The position numbers and the translations under genes were made by a program. Shown here piece by piece: positions 29,158 to 42,039 of a DNA stretch of 64,000 nt (within the stretch, counting starts at the first letter, position 1; every line of letters starts with the position of its first letter). Under the pieces are notes generated by a model that saw only the letters and a program-made list of their open reading frames with translations, was not told where the DNA came from and made no database searches. The DNA is from Octopus sinensis. Its lineage: Eukaryota. The DNA is taken from NCBI RefSeq assembly GCF_006345805.1, contig NC_042997.1, positions 155,434,001 to 155,498,000 of the forward strand. Reading direction: 5' to 3'.

Positions 29158-29379
29158 ATTATTATTATTATCATTGTTGTTATTATTATTGTTATTATTA
29201 TTATTATCATTTCGCATGGTGGTTGGTCTAATATTGTTATATTTAATACAACCACCTAATGAGCCAACGAAGGAAGTTTTTGTGCCGTGACATTACCTGC
29301 TAGAAATAACAGCCAGATCTCCCTCAGATCATACTCTAACGATCTTGAATAAGAAATTAGATAATGTAGTCCTATTACA

Positions 29380-29608
29380 TTGGCATATTTCGGTCATATT
29401 ATGCGGAGAAAATCCCTGGAGAAGGACATCATGCTCGGAATGGTCAGTGACAAGAGAGGAAGAGGCCGACCTAGAACCCGCTGGCTTGACACCATCAAGA
29501 GGGATACCGAAATGGACATAGCCAATCTGAACGAAGGATAGAACTGACTGGAGAACACTGATCCAACGAATGACCGAGAGTCGACTTCGACTGAGCGGAT
29601 AGAGAGAG
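29380..29608 (+). mobile_element. 5'-truncated RTE/BovB-like LINE with a 12-bp TSD
   Basis: Reads YFGHIMRRKSLEKDIMLGMVSDKRGRGRPRTRWLDTIK. TSD AGTCCTATTACA at 29368-29379 and 29609-29620. Confidence 0.9.
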
Positions 29609-30100
29609 AGTCCTATTACACTCCTAAACGACAGAATGATCACAGTAGGAATATCTCTGACCATCGGTTTGCTCAATCAAGGTCGATTAAGAGTGCCCAC
29701 ATGGTATCCGAAAACATTTTTTCAAAGAGAGGTGTAAAACTGCATTAGCCCCGCACCCCGTTTTACGAGAAATATTGGTACTTTTGGTCACTCCCTCAAC
29801 TACTAAGATTGTTTAACCCTCAATAAAACAACAAAAAAATGAAAAAATTAATAAACATGAAAAGTGAAAGGAGGAAACATTGTTTTGAATCCGATAACAT
29901 TTTTATAACAAATCGTACCATCCTATTGAAGAGGCCAACGTCAACAATGTGTTGAAGTATTAAATCAAAAATATCTAACTCTTTTAATCCAATCCCTTGT
30001 CTCCACATTAACTATTTTTTAATGGGAGTGAGATAACCAAAATGTACCATTTGCTGTATACAGTACTCAGGTTACTAAAAAACAAACAAAAGGCCAACAG

Positions 30101-30320
30101 GTGCATATGGTGTAGTGGTTCGGGCTACTAACCAAGATTCCGAGTTCGATTCCAGGCAGTGAGTAATAAAATCGGAAAAATACCGTAGGAATTAGAACCC
30201 AGGTTCGAAATTCCTCCAGAACACCTGATGAAGGCTGGAGAGTACATCAGCCGAAACGTAGTATTAACAAAAAACAAAATGAGGACAAATATCCGTCAAA
30301 TGTTTAACAATTAATAATAC
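30101..30320 (+). mobile_element. tRNA-headed SINE-like element carrying a hammerhead ribozyme motif
   Basis: A-box TGGTGTAGTGG at 30108-30118, B-box GAGTTCGATTCC at 30142-30153, hammerhead at 30220-30265. Confidence 0.8.
30220..30265 (+). ncRNA. Minimal type I hammerhead ribozyme (HHR-1)
   Basis: AACAC-CTGATGA-A-GGCTG(10-nt loop)CAGCC-GAAA-CG-TA-GTATT. Stem I pairs 4 of 5, stem III is the palindrome ACGT and the triplet is GUA. Confidence 0.75.
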
Positions 30321-33300
30321 TAAACCATTACAAAAAAGAATATGTAAATTGGACTTCAGTGCATAGATAGAGGCCACACAACAACAAAAATCAGAAGTCA
30401 CACCTTGGATGGTGCTCCGGCATATTCTGAACAGTGACTAACTATTTTTAGTCAACTATTTCGTCTTTTATTTACATATTCATTTTTTAATATTAGTTGA
30501 CTCATAGAATATGTAATATAAACGATTTCTATCTGCAACTAATCTTCAACTTCCATTTCCGCTCTTGTTATTACAATGAGGCAGTGGAGTCAAAGGCACA
30601 TCAGTGATGACTAAAATAATACATTTAATATATTTTAAATAAAACTGCAAAACTTGAGCAGGGATTAAAAACTTAACTAAAATATACTAATGAACTACGA
30701 AATTAATAATGAAGAAATATTAGTTGAATCACAAGATATTTATCAAACAAACTTCTACGTGTAACAGATCTTCTACTGCAATTTTCGCTCTTTCGTTATT
30801 GCAATTGTAGAGTTTATAACAAAATGCCCTATTGTATTTAGTATTAAATCCAAAACCTGCAATCAGGACTATGTTAACAGCATTATAGGTTCCCATGCAA
30901 AGCAATCCATTGCGCGCCTAGACATGAGGAGACCCTACCAAGCAACCACCGAGTGTGTTCATGCCGTAAGACAGCAGTACCTGCAGGCATTTATTATACC
31001 TTTCATTCTTAAAAAAAATCAATAAAATAAACAAGCGCATACTGGAGGTAAGGGGAAGATTGATGCAATCAACGGAGAGTGCATGTATGTAGTCTCTAGA
31101 ACAGTTAAAAATAGCAACCATATTACACCATACAGTCCTAAAAATATCGAAGGACACTTAAAACAAATGAAGTTTTAGATATACAAAATGATAGACAATA
31201 ACAGCTGTAATAATGGTTTTGACCACAAATATGATCGACTAAAAAAAAAAAAAAGGGAAAAACAACGCACTTATGATCACAACATAAATGTCGCATACAG
31301 ACTAAACTGTATGACCACCCTACTGTAAAGCTGAATCGAGACATTTCGCTATAAGCAAGCTACTCAATAACTTGCCTTAAATGAAAATTTTTTTTTTAAT
31401 TAAAAAAATAGACTTGTCTTACATATTTCATGACTTGAGATTTTAACAAAAAAAAAACATTTAGTAAGTTAACCACCTCTTCAGAAACCTTGTTGTTTTA
31501 CTCATGCGGATTGTTTGTGTTATTTTGCCCGAGTCAACTTCATAGAGCAGGCCTGTTTCTAAAGACGTTCCACCGGGACCATCTCGTCTTTTCACGAGTA
31601 TCTAAGAATACATTAACCAATGTGCCCTTCCTGTTTTTAAGACGAAGGTGAAATTTAAAGATTTGGCTGCCATTTTTAGTAAGTCGAGCAACCATGTAGG
31701 GGCTCCCTTGTTGGCGCGCTATAAATGTGGTGCACCTGAGCACTGTATACAATAATTTCATTATTGTTACATATAGATGTGGTGACTAAGCATGGCTGAT
31801 TCTTTGTTAGCCATGATTTCATTGTATCATATGTCACGAAGAGTTCTTTAATTGTAAATGAAACTCAATAAGAGATTTAATTCAATGTGGTATTTAGTTG
31901 ATTTTAATGAATATTTTTTCTAATTTAGGCGAAAGGATGGATACAAATGTTAGTATAATAGGCATTGATTCCAAATACTAGATAGATGATTTCTTACACT
32001 GGTGCAGGGTCACACTTGCGGGGAGTGTTGTAGATACAAGCGATTAAAAGCGACACTGTTTACTATTGGTATATTCATTTATCAATCGCGAAATGAGAAA
32101 ATGTTGAGTTTTATCCTGGCAGCTTTTGAATTCAAAAGTGTAGAGGAATGTCGCTAAATATTAATTACAAAGCAGTAAGTCTGGCTCTCAACCGCTTCGG
32201 CCAAATCGTTTCTAGTGTTAGGATTGGGCAGAGGGAATGTTTTAGGGAAGCGTTATGTATACTAAATACACTTAATGTAGAATTTCACATATGCAATGTA
32301 GTCAGAAGTTCTTCAACTTACTGTTATTGCATACGTGGGATCCTTTCTTTTCTACTCTAGGCACAAGGCCCGAAATTTTGGGAGAGTGGGGAGGCAGTCG
32401 ATTAGAACGACTTCAGTACGCAACCAGCACTTGATTTATCGACCCCGGCGGAATTTAAACGCAGAACATAAAGGCATATGAGGGATTCTGCAACATTTCT
32501 AATATCGATACATAAGTGGAAAGAGTATCAGAAAAACAGGCGAGAGGTTAACAGTTTATATTACAAAATATTTTACTTCGCATGGATACAAGTCTGCGAG
32601 ACAACGCTGAGAATCTGTGGCAAAAATATTTTCAACACTTCAATATAAGTACCACATTGTTCATCACTCAACAAAGGCATCGTTGTAGATTTGATAAATG
32701 TTCCTCTGACTTAACACATTGCCGAATTCAACACACAATTGTCATTAAGTACTTAGTATTATTGGGTTCTAGTTAAAAACACAAAATACAGATGTAAAAA
32801 AAAAAAGATAGGATAGGAGAGAGAGAGGAACATGTCCAGAACATCAGATGATTCAATGAGGCAGAGATGTTGTATAATAGGTAAAAATGGAAGTCTTTCA
32901 GTCAACTACCTGCGTACCATAGGACTGCCGCGATCAGAGCTGGTCTACGGCTACACAACAAAACAATATGCCTTAGTACACAATTGTAAAACTATTTTAT
33001 AACCAGTTATGATAATTTTAGATAAAAGTAAGTTGATTCCCAAATAGATGAGATTCCGTAATTAATTCGATTCTATAAAAAAAAAGTTACACTTCAAAAG
33101 AAAACAAAATTAGCAACATGTATTTAAAATCCATGTGAAATTAATAAACACTAGTTTACTTTAAGCTTGTTTTCATATCCACATGCAGTAATGCCGAGAA
33201 TGTTTTAAAGTGTCTAATTAAACTTTTTAAAGGGTAACAATAGTTTCTCCAAGCGTAATGTATGATAGAGAGAGTGTGTGCATATCTAATAATTTATTTA

Positions 33301-34125
33301 CTAATTTCTCATTTTTTTAATGTCCATTTACATACCGTTTACTTTAGCAAATTATGTTCAGAAAGTAGGTTAAAAGTTGTATTTTATTGTTCGAGATTAA
33401 TCTTATACTGATTGACAAATGTTTTCGTGTTGATCAAATACAAACTTTGAAAGTACTTTGGATCAGTGAAAAACATTAAAAAAAAAAAAAACACTTTTTT
33501 GTGATTATAAAATTAATCACAATTAATTACAATTTACCAGGTAAATTTAACAAAATACATATAAAATCGAAGTATAATTAACATTGCTACGCTGTTTTTT
33601 ATATTGTTATTTTTTTTTTCTAAAATCAATTGTTAAAGTAGAGAAGAAACTTTGTACATCTAAAGTTTTTATAAACCCCAAACCTCAACTGTAAATTACA
33701 TAACTAATAAAGTGTTAGTATAAGTAATCAATTACGAAGATTGTTGGCTAAGTTTCACACTTAGGAAAATAAAAATATGACTTTAAAATAAGAAAATAAG
33801 CGATTGTGAGCTTTTAATAAAAAATACCATGGAGTAAACTATGACAAAGCCTATAAAGAGAAATGAATCCTATATTTTGCTCACATATAAAAAAAATTAT
33901 ATACAAATACTAACACTTCAGATTTATTTTAACTTTTAAATGAATTAAACATATATGCAGAATTCATTTTACTAATTTACAATTCCATTAAATTTCAAAA
34001 TTCGATTGTTAAATATGTAAGTCAAATTTTAAATAAAGTAAAACGAAAATACAGAAAAGACATGAAAAAAAAAAGATGAAATAATTCACGTAGAAATGTT
34101 ACAAGTTGTAAAGAATAATCCTTAC

Positions 34126-34500
34126 CTTCCTTCGAATGTCAACACTAACTTGTTAGTATTAAGTTTGGGTACTGACGAAAGAGATTTTTGACGAATTGGA
34201 GAAAGAAAAGTTCGCCTGAGAAAGTGTTAACACTGAAAGGGTACGAAAGAGCACACTGTAGTGAGACCACGATGACAGCAAGAATAAATAGTATATTCAA
34301 ATGAGGTCGCAGCTGCTGATTATATTTGTAAGTAGGAGGGGCTTAAAGCGAGTGGAAATAGAACGTTGTCAACAAGTGACCATTTGCAGCGCCGCTCGGA
34401 GACGGATATTTATTTGCTCGGCCCTCATTATGCATAATGTCCCACCTTAATTAAAACAGTTCAAATGACATTCACACGGAAACATAACACTTCCGGAACG
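34126..34500 (-). promoter_or_regulatory. Putative promoter and non-coding first exon
   Basis: Repeat-free, CpG-retaining stretch with an ETS motif CCGGAAGTG (34488-34496, minus) and a consensus donor AAG|GTAAGG at 34126/34125. Confidence 0.4.
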
Positions 34501-34591
34501 TTTTATTTTATTTATGTTTTTTTGATAACTGAAAATAAGTTTACGCCTTTGTTTTATTAATTTCATTACTACTGTATTTTATGTATGTATT

Positions 34592-34680
34592 TATATTTTA
34601 CATAGGTTTTGGTAAACAATAATGAGTGACTAAGTATATATGTATATACACACACACGCGCACACACACACACACACACA

Positions 34681-34766
<86 letters not shown>

Positions 34767-34856
34767 CATATATATATATACACATATATACTTAGTCACT
34801 CACGCGTATGTATAAAGGAATAGCATTATTGTTTACCAAAACCTATGTAAAATATA
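34592..34856. repeat. Inverted repeat pair flanking an (AC)/(AT) microsatellite
   Basis: 34592-34640 is the reverse complement of 34785-34856, apart from about 21 extra bp in the right arm. Confidence 0.85.
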
Positions 34857-34880
34857 GGTTATATATATATATATACACAC

Positions 34881-34953
<73 letters not shown>

Positions 34954-35424
34954 CACATACACAAACAGACACGCACACACACACACACACATATACAGGG
35001 GAGGCAAAATTAGTAGCCGGGGCAAAATGAGTAACTTCTGATTTCTCGTTATTTTCTCCCTACTTGCTTGAAGTCATTACATTGCAAGTATTGCATTAAT
35101 ATTTTGTATTGTCACATCATCTTTAGAATTAAAAATTAGCCCGCATAGTTTGTTGTTGAAGCTGAGAGTCCGAAACACAGATGGCAGGTCCTTCTTTTTT
35201 TCAAGAAATTTTTCCTCGACTTTGGCGCGATTGTAATTGATGTTGTTAATAAAATATTTAGATAATTTTTGGTGTTTAACTGTCACTATTCTTTTCTCTA
35301 TTGGATGATAAGTCAATTTTTTCCCACACTAATGTCATATTTCCAAAACACATGTGTAAAACGGGGTAAAATGAGTAAGTGAGTAAATATATTGCGAAGA
35401 GAACACTCCAGCAGATCGTGACGA

Positions 35425-35862
35425 ACCTATACTCTTTTACTTGTTGCAGTCATTTGACTGTGGCCATGCTGGAGCACCGCCTTTAGTCGATCGAGCAAAT
35501 CGACCCCAGGACTTATTCTTTGTAAGCCTAGTACTTATTCTATCGGTCTCTCTTGCCGAACCGCTAAGTTACGGGGACGTAAACACACCAGCATCGGTTG
35601 TCAAGCAATGGTGAGGAGACGAACACCAGACACATAAACATACACACACACACACACATATATATATATGTATGTATGTATATATATACACATATATATG
35701 AAGGGCTTCTTTCAGTTTCCGTCTACCAAATCTACTCACAAGGCTTTGGTCGGCCCAAGGCTATAGTAAAAGACACTTACCCAAGGTGCCACGCAGTGGG
35801 ACTGAACCCGGAACCATGTGGTTCGTAAGCAAGCTACTTAACGTACAGCCACTTCTGCGCTT
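35425..35862 (-). mobile_element. Full-length SINE family A
   Basis: Reverse complement of the 22542-22935 family, with CpGs retained. Confidence 0.9.
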
Positions 35863-36459
35863 ATAGATAATATTTTATGTAGAGTTCTTTTTTTATTTAG
35901 TCGAATTTCGTTAATTTCATATCATGTGCTATTTTTCCCTAAGCCTCTTTCATTTGACCTAGATATTTAAAGTTTCTTTGTTTTGTTTTGTTTTGTATTT
36001 TTTTCATCTCTGATCTTTCTAATGCGTAGGGATGGATAGTGATGCGCATGAGTCTGTTCTCTGAATAATTGAAGCGGCAAATTTACCTAAACTTGACTTC
36101 CTCATTCCCCCCCCCCGGCCCAATTTGTCTTTTATATGCTCAAAGAGAATGGCAATAATTTTCTGAAATAGCATTTAGATTATGTTCTAATGTTTTTAAT
36201 GTATTTAATAAGGCTATTTGCTCAGCTGATATAGCTTTTGTAAGGTAGTGGTGAACATTTGTAAAAAATATATTTTGTCTCAAAGTAAAAAAAAAAATAT
36301 TACCTCAATTTGTATGTCTATGTATCAATGAATTTTGAAGAGACAGAAGCAGGTGAAAATCTGAAGGCGTAAGATCGGGTGAATACGGAGGGTGCGTCAA
36401 AACTTGCCAATCAAGCTCCAGTAATCTCTGCCACGACTACAAAGAAGTGCGCGGTCTAA

Positions 36460-36690
36460 TATTAGTTTCTTTACTACTCACAAGGGGCTAAACACAGAGA
36501 AGACAAACAAGGACAGACTAACGGATTAAGTCGATTATATCGATCCCCAGTGCGTAACTGGTACTTATTTAATCGACCCCGAAAGGATGAAAGGCAAAGT
36601 CGACCTCGGCGGAATTTGAACTCACAACGTAACGGCATACCGTTAGGCATTTCGCCCGGCCTGCTAACGTTTCTGCCAGCTCGCCGCCCA
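36460..36690 (-). mobile_element. Full-length SINE family B
   Basis: Head GGCGGCGAGCTGGCAGAAACGTTAGC and B-box GAGTTCAAATTCC on the minus strand. Confidence 0.88.
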
Positions 36691-36829
36691 AATATCGTCT
36701 AATATTGTCGTGATGAAAACATTATGATTAACAAGTACTGGATGCACACACACACCACACACGCACGTTTTTATTGAGTGTGCGCGCGCGTGCGTGTGTA
36801 TGTATGAATGCCTGTATATACATATAGAA

Positions 36830-39800
36830 ACTTGCAGGAAGATATAGTCTGTGCACGGAGATGATGTTATGGAACGTGTGTAGCAGAAGTAGTTGTCAAG
36901 ATTTCGATCGTGAAATTTCTCGTCCCTCATCCTGGCTGGTCAACTGAGATAAACAACGATAAACTAGAGGAGTTAGTCGATACCAATCCCTTTTATTCGA
37001 CTAGGATGATCGCTGATATTTGTAACGAGCTTAGTGATGTGTAAATATCCTCGTGCACTTTTGGGGTGCACAAAGCAATCACTCACTAGCCGTTACTTTA
37101 ATAATCCAGAATCTCTGCCCGTCAGAAACAACAAGACGCAGACGTAAAATATACATATAACTACTTTATTCTCTTTCTTGGTAAACAATAACAATAAGTG
37201 TGTTATCTGATGTCCTTGATTCTGGGCGCGCAAGGCTGAAAGTTCATAGATTGTAATATTTACAATGTCCAGCCGATGAAAACAGAAAGGGTCCAAGATG
37301 GCGTCGAACAATGGAGACGATGTTGGTCTGCAACAATTTTGGTTAAAAGTCTTCGGCCAAAGGACTGCTAGAATCAGTTCAGACGGAGAGAATATATGCG
37401 TGACCGTCGCCGTCAATCGCTGGGTCCCAAGTCATTGGCTGCTGCTGCCAGCGGTCAAACGTTCTACGACCCCCTTGCCTCGCTAACTGCTACGTAGGCA
37501 ATAGGGTCGTGCTACCGGTGGTTCGCGCATGCGCGAGAGGGGCCTTCCTTTCTGTGCCTTGGTAAAGGCACCAACACGCGCGAAATACAAATGGGCGGTG
37601 CGCGAGCGCGCGCCGTTGTCGGATCACTACAGGCTCCCCTCCAGTGCGTACGCACGAAAGGAAACTTATTGTAGTGACTGCAAAACTCAAGGTGGACACC
37701 AGATAACCAAATAGCACACAATAATATAATGGCAAAATTTATAACATACACAAGAAATTTACTAAAGGAAAAAGAGAAAAAAAATACTCAATGAGCAAAA
37801 ATCAAGAGTGCATGCATGAAAGTGTATACGTCACAAAAGTATAAACCCTTCCGCTGAAAGGAGCGGAGAGAAAAGCAAAACTCACAGTTAATGTACCTAG
37901 GCGAAATTAAAATCCAACTTCTCTAAAGGTAGTTGATCCTGCAAATTAGCAGTTAAATCAATTGCTGCAGGAGAGGAAATGGAATTGACAGAAGATCGCT
38001 AGTAACACAAAAGGCAAAAGTGCAAACATGCTGGTGTGATGCGCGACACAGATAATTTTCTGTTAATTTACGTGACCAACAGCGGTCTAACAGGGAAAAA
38101 TAATTACGCCTATAAATCGGCGCAGCGCATTTGAACATCCGACGTCTATGAGTCGGGAAAAGAATTAGGCTAACGCAAACGTGTTGCAAAAAACAAGGCA
38201 ATACACGTGCGAAGCAAAAGGCGCATGAAATGCAATAGTGCTTGCCAGACCAAAAAACAGCAAATGAATATGCCAGTGGTTAAGCGATTATATGCTTCGT
38301 TCGTATAGGAACAAAAGTATGACATGCTGGCGCGTCATAATGGACAAACAACCCTCTCTATGTATACGTGACCAACCTAGGGTCTATAGAAATGAGGGGT
38401 GTCCACAAAAGGCAAATTTAGCATGGAACAAAACAAGCGAGAAAAGCACGTGTGACGTATGTATGTGAGAGAGAGCATTTATGTGTGTGTACGTGTGTGC
38501 GACAGAAATACATACAAGGTGAATGCGAGCAAAATACAAAAAATACAGCGCATAGAAAAAATGTCTCTCGGGCTATTCCAGACAAGAATTAATTTACCAG
38601 TCTGTAATAGCCTGATGTACAATAGCAGTTCGTTCTGTAACAGAAATGTTGAAATCACAAAATGCAGATGCCGGTTGAACACATATCGTGTAACGGTTGT
38701 GGCTTCAATGCTGTGACAGGTTAACTGGAACAGAAGAAATCTCGTAGAAAGTGCTGTAAAATCCTTGGTGTGCATATGCACAAACGGCAAGTGGACTAAA
38801 CTTCCGCGAGTTGCTATGTACATCTTGGTGGAGGTCGACGGTGTTGAAAGGCGACGTTGGTGGTGGAAGGCGACTGTCGTGGACTTGGGACAACATCGTT
38901 CTTAGTGATGATGGCGACGAAGATAGCGACGACGTGAAGTAGACAGACGACGATGGTGATGACGAAGGCAGAGAAAAAGCATCGATGAATTGATGGCGTT
39001 CGTCATCATGGCTGTAGAATAAGAAAAGGGGCTCCTTCTACAACTGTTTGTGGTGGCCGGAAACAAATCGTCGTAAGATGAATGCGCAGAGTTAAATCGT
39101 GTTCCGACTTCGCAGAAAAACTGGATTTTTTTGTTGATAAGTGATCTCTGGTTTTAGACCAGAATCACGTCGGGAGGTCACCACTTGTAACGAGCTTAGT
39201 GATGTGTAAATATCCTCGTGCACTTTTGGGGTGCACAAAGCAATCACTCACTAGCCGTTACTTTAATAATCCAGAATCTCTGCCCGTCAGAAACAACAAG
39301 ACGCAGACGTAAAATATACATATAACTACTTTATTCTCTTTCTTGGTAAACAATAACAATAAGTGTGTTATCTGATGTCCTTGATTCTGGGCGCGCAAGG
39401 CTGAAAGTTCATAGATTGTAATATTTACAATGTCCAGCCCAAAAACAGAAAGGGGTCAAAATGGCGTCGAACAGGGAAGTTGAAATGTGGTCGGCAACAA
39501 TTTGGTTAAAGGTATTTCGGCCGACTGCTGCTAGAATCAAGCCCTGACGGAGAGAGAATATACGTGTGACCGTCGCCTTCAATCGCTGGTTCCCAAGTCA
39601 CCGAGGACTGGACGCTGGTAGTCAACGTCTTACGTTCTACGACCCCCTTGCCTCGCTAACTGCTACGTAGGCAATAGGGTCGTGCTACCGGTGGTTCGCG
39701 CATGCGCGAGAGGGGCCTTCCCCCTCTGTGCCTTGGTAAAGGCACCAACACGCGCGAAATACAAATGGGCGGTGCGCGAGCGCGCGCCGTTGTCGGATCA

Positions 39801-40635
39801 CTACATATTCTCCGAATATCCAAATTATATTTTGAAAACCAGCCGCATAAATTTGGTTGCCTGACAAGGCGCAATATTTGGGTCCCACATCAACCGAATG
39901 AGGCTAACTTCGTCCAGCGGTTTTCCATCTGCGATTCGTGGCAGAAATGTGAAGGAAACGATCTTTTGACAAGAGAAGAAAATAGATCGAATGGTGACAG
40001 GAAACGAAAAATGGATCGTCTTTAACAATCTCAAGCGCGGCGAACCACCAAAAACAGCCTCCAAAATAAGACCCGAAAAAGGTTATATTTTCAATTTGGT
40101 GTCTTTTACGAGCTTCTTTCCACGGACAGGACCATCAGTCCGGGTGTGTACTATCCATCAGAAGTCACTAGCGTAGCCTACAGCAGACCCAAAAGTGCCG
40201 CCCTTTTAAAAGCGCCACCCGGGACGGACCATCCACCCACCAGCTACGCTAGGACCAGAAGCTTCCTGCACTTGTTAATCGTAATGTTTTCATCACGACA
40301 ATGTTGGACCGCGCACTTCATTGTAATCGTGACAGAGATTACTGAAGCTTGATTGGCAAGTTTTGACGCACCCTCCATATTCACCCGATCTTACGCCTTC
40401 AGATTTCCACCTGCTGCGGTCTCTTCAAAATTCATTGAGTAGACAGACATGGAAGAGTTTTTCGTAAACAAAGACGGTAAATTCTTTAAGCACGGAATAA
40501 TGGCCCAGCCCACAAGTTGGTAAATAATGCTAGAACGAAACGGTAATTATATCAGTGATTGAATAAATCGCTTTGTGCTTAAAACTTGTGTCTTATTTTC
40601 GCTTAAAAAACGAACGGAGTCTTTGGTCAACCCAA
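36830..40635 (+). pseudogene. Decayed mariner transposase interrupted by an LTR element
   Basis: N-terminal HTH remnant before 37021. After 39806 come WVPHQ, VTGNEKW, HDN and HPPYSPDLTPSDFHL, and the right end is GGTCAACCCAA. Confidence 0.85.
37021..39805 (-). mobile_element. Complete non-autonomous LTR retrotransposon (Gypsy-type, CsRn1-like PBS)
   Basis: LTRs at 37021-37631 and 39186-39805 with TG...CA ends and a TATT TSD on both sides. PBS at 39163-39183 resembles the tRNA-Trp 3' end. PPT GGAGGGGAGCC at 37632-37642 (minus). The 1554-bp interior has no recognisable gag or pol ORF. Confidence 0.93.
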
Positions 40636-40705
40636 TGTGTGTGTGTGTGTGTGTGTGTGTTACGTTAGAGCGCGGTCTACTGAGGTATCTGTAGTCTACG
40701 CAATG

Positions 40706-40865
40706 CATGCGCGGTCCCAGGAATTTTTCGAAGGAAGAGCACAAGGTCAGAAGGGAATACGATTCCAGGAGAAAAGGGCATAGTAACATTATTTAGAAGG
40801 GCACACTTCTTTTCTTGAGGGGGAACGTGCCTTCGGGTCCTCCCCCACCCTGGGGTCCGCCCATG
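40706..40865. mobile_element. 160-bp MITE with a CAATG direct repeat at both flanks, nested in a TTAGGG-like-repeat element (about 40690-40971)
   Basis: Imperfect TIRs CATGCGCGGTCCCAGG and CCTGGGGTCCGCCCATG. CAATG at 40701-40705 and 40866-40870. Confidence 0.55.
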
Positions 40866-41529
40866 CAATGAAATGACCTGATCTGAGTTAAAGTTAGGGT
40901 CAAGGTTTAGGATTAGGGTTACAGTAAGTGTTAGACTGCACGCTGAAGTGTAAATGGCTACGTAGACCACAAGCTAAAGTGGCACATATATATGGGTGGG
41001 GGGTATGAGATAGAGAGGGAGGAGAGAAAGAGAGAGAGAGAAATAACTGAGTGACCAGTAGTATGAATTGAACAATACAGATTAATAAAGGTATATTAAA
41101 TACTACACAAGATAAATTCTTGATATGCTAATCACATATTTGCATCGGGAGGTGGAAGACAAAGGCCAGATAGCAAATGCGACCGACTCTGTATGAGAAA
41201 GGAAATAATTTCAAGAATGAAGAATTCTCTGCAATTAACGTGCAGTTATGGAAATGACAGTTTGGAGTTTCTGGAAATAAAAGGACAACTATGGATATGT
41301 GTTTCTGTCTTAATACATATCATCAGAAAATCAATCGCCCTATCTTGACTCCAACAAACATATGAATTATATACAAAAAGAGTAGAAACATATATAACCT
41401 TCGATAATCTGCATAAAGGAAACTCAGAAGAGCAAGGAGAAATGACTCAGAGTGGATGGCAGCAGGAATTTGGACAACAAAGACGGATAAGGGTGTATTA
41501 AATACTATACAAGATAAATTCTTAATTTA

Positions 41530-41744
41530 TTAGTTTCAAATTTTTTGCACAAGGCCAGCAATTTCGAAGGCGGGGTAAATCTATTACATCGACTTCAGTG
41601 TTCAACTGGTACTTATTTTATCGACTCTGAGAGGATGAAAGGCAAAATCGACAACAGCGGAATTTGAACTCAGAACGTAAGGAGGGAGGAAATGCCGCTA
41701 AGCATTTTGGCAGGAGTGCTAACGATTCTGCTAACTCACCACCG

Positions 41745-41746
<2 letters not shown>
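41530..41746 (-). mobile_element. SINE family B
   Basis: Collinear with 36460-36690. Confidence 0.75.
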
Positions 41747-41782
<36 letters not shown>

Positions 41783-42039
41783 CATGCACATACACACACT
41801 TCCACACACCCACACGTACATACATACACACTCATACACATACACACACACACACACGGACATACATCTATGCACACACATATATACACACATACTCACA
41901 TACATTCATCGGACACACTGACACCCAGACATACACACAGACACACTCACACATCCACACACATACATACTTACGCGCATACTCGCAGGCGCGCGCACAC
42001 ACGCGCTTGCGCCGGTTCGCGCACGCATACGCGCTGCAT

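Noticed and set aside
30101-30165. Functional tRNA gene
   Set aside because: The D and anticodon arms are deleted or unpaired and no acceptor stem is present, so it is a SINE head.
40885-40922. Interstitial telomere
   Set aside because: Only a few degenerate TTAGGG-like units inside a small repeat element.
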